Below, piece after piece: positions 62,450-64,000 of a stretch of 64,000 nt of DNA. The DNA is from Squalus acanthias (lineage: Eukaryota). The notes below the pieces were generated by a model, which saw only the letters and a list, made by a program, of their open reading frames with translations, made no database searches and was not told the DNA's origin. Made by a program: the position numbers and the translations under genes. Every line of letters begins with the position of its first letter. Position 1 is the stretch's first letter. The stretch is taken from assembly GCA_030390025.1 (NCBI GenBank), contig CM059447.1, positions 9,672,001 through 9,736,000 on the forward strand, in the 5' to 3' direction.

Positions 62450-64000
62450 TACACAGGGAACAGAGGAACGACGAGAAGATGGCTGAATTGTAGCTCAACT
62501 ACATTTACCTGCCTATGATTCATATCCCTTGATACCCTTATCTAATAAAAATCTGTCGATCTCAATCTTGGAAAATTTCAATTGAACCAGCAACCCACAG
62601 CCGTTTGGGGAGGGGGGGGGGGGGGGGTGAAGAGAATTCCAGATCTCCACTACCCTGTGTGTGAAAAAGTGCTTTCAGATTTCACTCGCGAAGGCCTGGT
62701 TCTAATTTTAATATTGTGCCCCCTTGTTCTGGATTCTCCCACTAGAGGAAACAGCTTCTCTATGTATCTACTCCGTCAAATTATTTATTATATGTGCAAG
62801 AGAATACTAGCCACATTTATGCAACCTATCTTCATAATTGAACCTTTTAAGCCTGGATATAGTTCTTGTGAATCTGCACTGTACCCTCCCCAACACCAAT
62901 ATCTCCTGCCTAAGGTGTGGCGCCCAAAACACTATTCTAGATGGGGTCTGAGCAAGGCTCTGCACAACTGGAGCGTAACTTTCTCCCATTTGTATTCCAG
63001 CCAACATTCCATTAGCCTTATTGATTACATTTTGTTCTTGCGCATTAACTTTTAGTGATTTGTGAACCTAGACACTTGAACTCCTTTGCTTTTCCACAGC
63101 TCCTAGTCTCTCGCCATTAATAAAATATTCCGCCTTATATTTCTTGGATCCAAAGTGGATGATCTCACACTTCCCCACATTGAACTCCACTTGCCACAGT
63201 TTGGCCCACTCACTTAATCTGTCCATGTCCCTTTGTAACTTCCTGCTCCCATCTTCACAACTTACTGTGCCTCCTAATTTAATGTCATCTTCAAACTTTG
63301 ATGTACGACTCCCTATTCCTTCATCCAAGTCGTTGATCTATATGGTGAAAAGCAGAGGCCCCAGTACAAATCCCTGGGGAATACTTGTCACGTTCAGTCA
63401 GAGTACATTCATTCCCTTTATCCCTACTCTCTATCTCCTACCTCCCAACCAATTACCAATCCACGTCACAAGGTTACCTCCAATTCCGTAAGCTCTTATT
63501 TTTGCTAATCTCTTGTGCGGAACCTTATCAAATGCTTCCTGGAAGCGCATATAAACAGCATCCTTAGAGACTCCCTTATCCATCTTGCTAGTGACCTCCT
63601 CAAAAAATTCAAATAGATTCGTCATACATGACCAACCCATCACAAATCCATGTTGACACGCTGATCAGCTCATACTTGTTCAAGTTCTCAGTCTGTCCCT
63701 GATGATAGATTCCAGTAACTTCCACACAGCAGAATGTCTGCAGTTTCCTGGTTTCTCCCTCCTTCCTTTCTTCAATAATGGAGTAACATTTGCAATTTTC
63801 CAATCCAAGGGCCAAATCCCCAAATCTAGAGGGGTTTGGAAAATTATGACTAATGCATCTGCAATTTCCCCACCTGTTTCTTTTAATACAAGTCTGCCAT
63901 TTCCTTACTACCCATTATTGCAACACCTGAATCTGTCTTTTAACGGGCCCACATTCCCCATTACCACCCTTTCTCTTGATCTATTTATAAAAACTTTTAC
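62450..64000 (-). mobile_element. CR1 LINE (RT region to 3' end), degenerate, probably running off the window
   Basis: SCMTNLFEFFEEVT, FQEAFDKVPHKRL, SKFEDDIKLGG, FNVGKCEIIHFG peptides. Confidence 0.9.

Overview
Eukaryotic genomic DNA. The repeat content (DeuSINE/SacSINE1-like SINEs, CR1, L2, Tx1, Harbinger-type MITEs) points to a cartilaginous fish (shark). Two minus-strand genes lie in the same tandem order as in human. (1) USP36: 16 coding exons can be read with GT-AG junctions and continuous frame, from the middle of the USP catalytic domain (58924) to the stop codon (29844). An intron starts 3 nt after the stop and is followed by a probable long non-coding last exon from 28101. The 5' exons lie beyond the window. 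(2) CYTH1 (cytohesin-1): the CpG-rich promoter and a 22-nt first coding exon (MEEDDNY, 7644-7665). The rest is intron, intergenic sequence and transposon debris, and most ORFs in the supplied track are spurious or LINE-derived. I found no clearly new biological system. The best leads are candidate poison exons in USP36 introns, a 35-bp minisatellite born inside an L2, a fossil Harbinger transposase alongside related MITEs, LF-SINE-like elements, and a possible spliced intergenic lncRNA. All family assignments come from recalled sequence similarity, not from searches.
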